The notes under the pieces were generated by a model. The model saw only the letters and a program-made list of their open reading frames with translations. It had not been told where the DNA came from and searched no databases. 64,000 nucleotides of DNA from Hypanus sabinus. Lineage: Eukaryota. The DNA lies in assembly GCF_030144855.1 (NCBI RefSeq), contig NC_082731.1:25296001-25360000 (forward strand), in the 5' to 3' direction. Of the stretch, positions 63,861-64,000 are shown in pieces. Positions within the stretch are counted from its first letter, which is position 1. Every line of letters starts with the position of its first letter. The translations under genes were made by a program, and so were the position numbers.

Positions 63861-64000
63861 AGCTTTATCGCTGGTATTATAATCCTTTTTAGTATCTATT
63901 CGTACGGCATTGCAGATACAGGTGCCGTGACGCTAGAGAGAATATTTAAACCCGTTAACAGACAGATGGAGCGGAAACCAGATGAACTTCCGAACTAAAC

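Larger units (their letters stand above)
51792..64000 (+). repeat. Recent tandem duplication, copy B (runs off the window; matches 37485-49666)
   Basis: Starts AAAGGCGG(G)TCCCGGCCCGGTACC inside the LTR sequence; window end matches 49666. Confidence 0.97.

Noticed and set aside
1-64000. CRISPR arrays, rRNA/tRNA genes, operons, TCR constant or J-alpha/J-delta segments
   Set aside because: None seen; the window is eukaryotic and covers only V-array sequence.

Overview
Vertebrate (cartilaginous fish, probably a ray/skate) genomic DNA from the V-segment array of an antigen-receptor locus, most consistent with TCR alpha/delta. There are no prokaryotic features and most listed ORFs are spurious or retroelement-derived. 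Core content: (1) a NAR-TCR cassette at 19.7-24.2 kb with TWO tandem IgNAR-like V-D-J miniclusters followed by ONE leaderless supporting TCR V carrying a CDR1 cysteine. The second NAR V has lost its promoter and ATG at the duplication breakpoint, gained a CDR1 Cys, kept its ORF, RSS and splice acceptor, and stays in splice phase, which predicts a possible triply rearranging three-V-domain TCR delta chain (inference, untested). (2) A decayed IgH-type L-VH-D-D-JH minicluster, with a possible decayed C exon, upstream of an intact leader-bearing TCR V; both are copied in a recent ~14.3 kb tandem duplication (37.5-51.8 kb and 51.8-64 kb). (3) An older ~5.5-6 kb duplication (1-6 kb vs 29.6-35.1 kb), several faint V relics, and many Penelope-like, CR1, other LINE, Tc1, LTR and MITE-like fragments.
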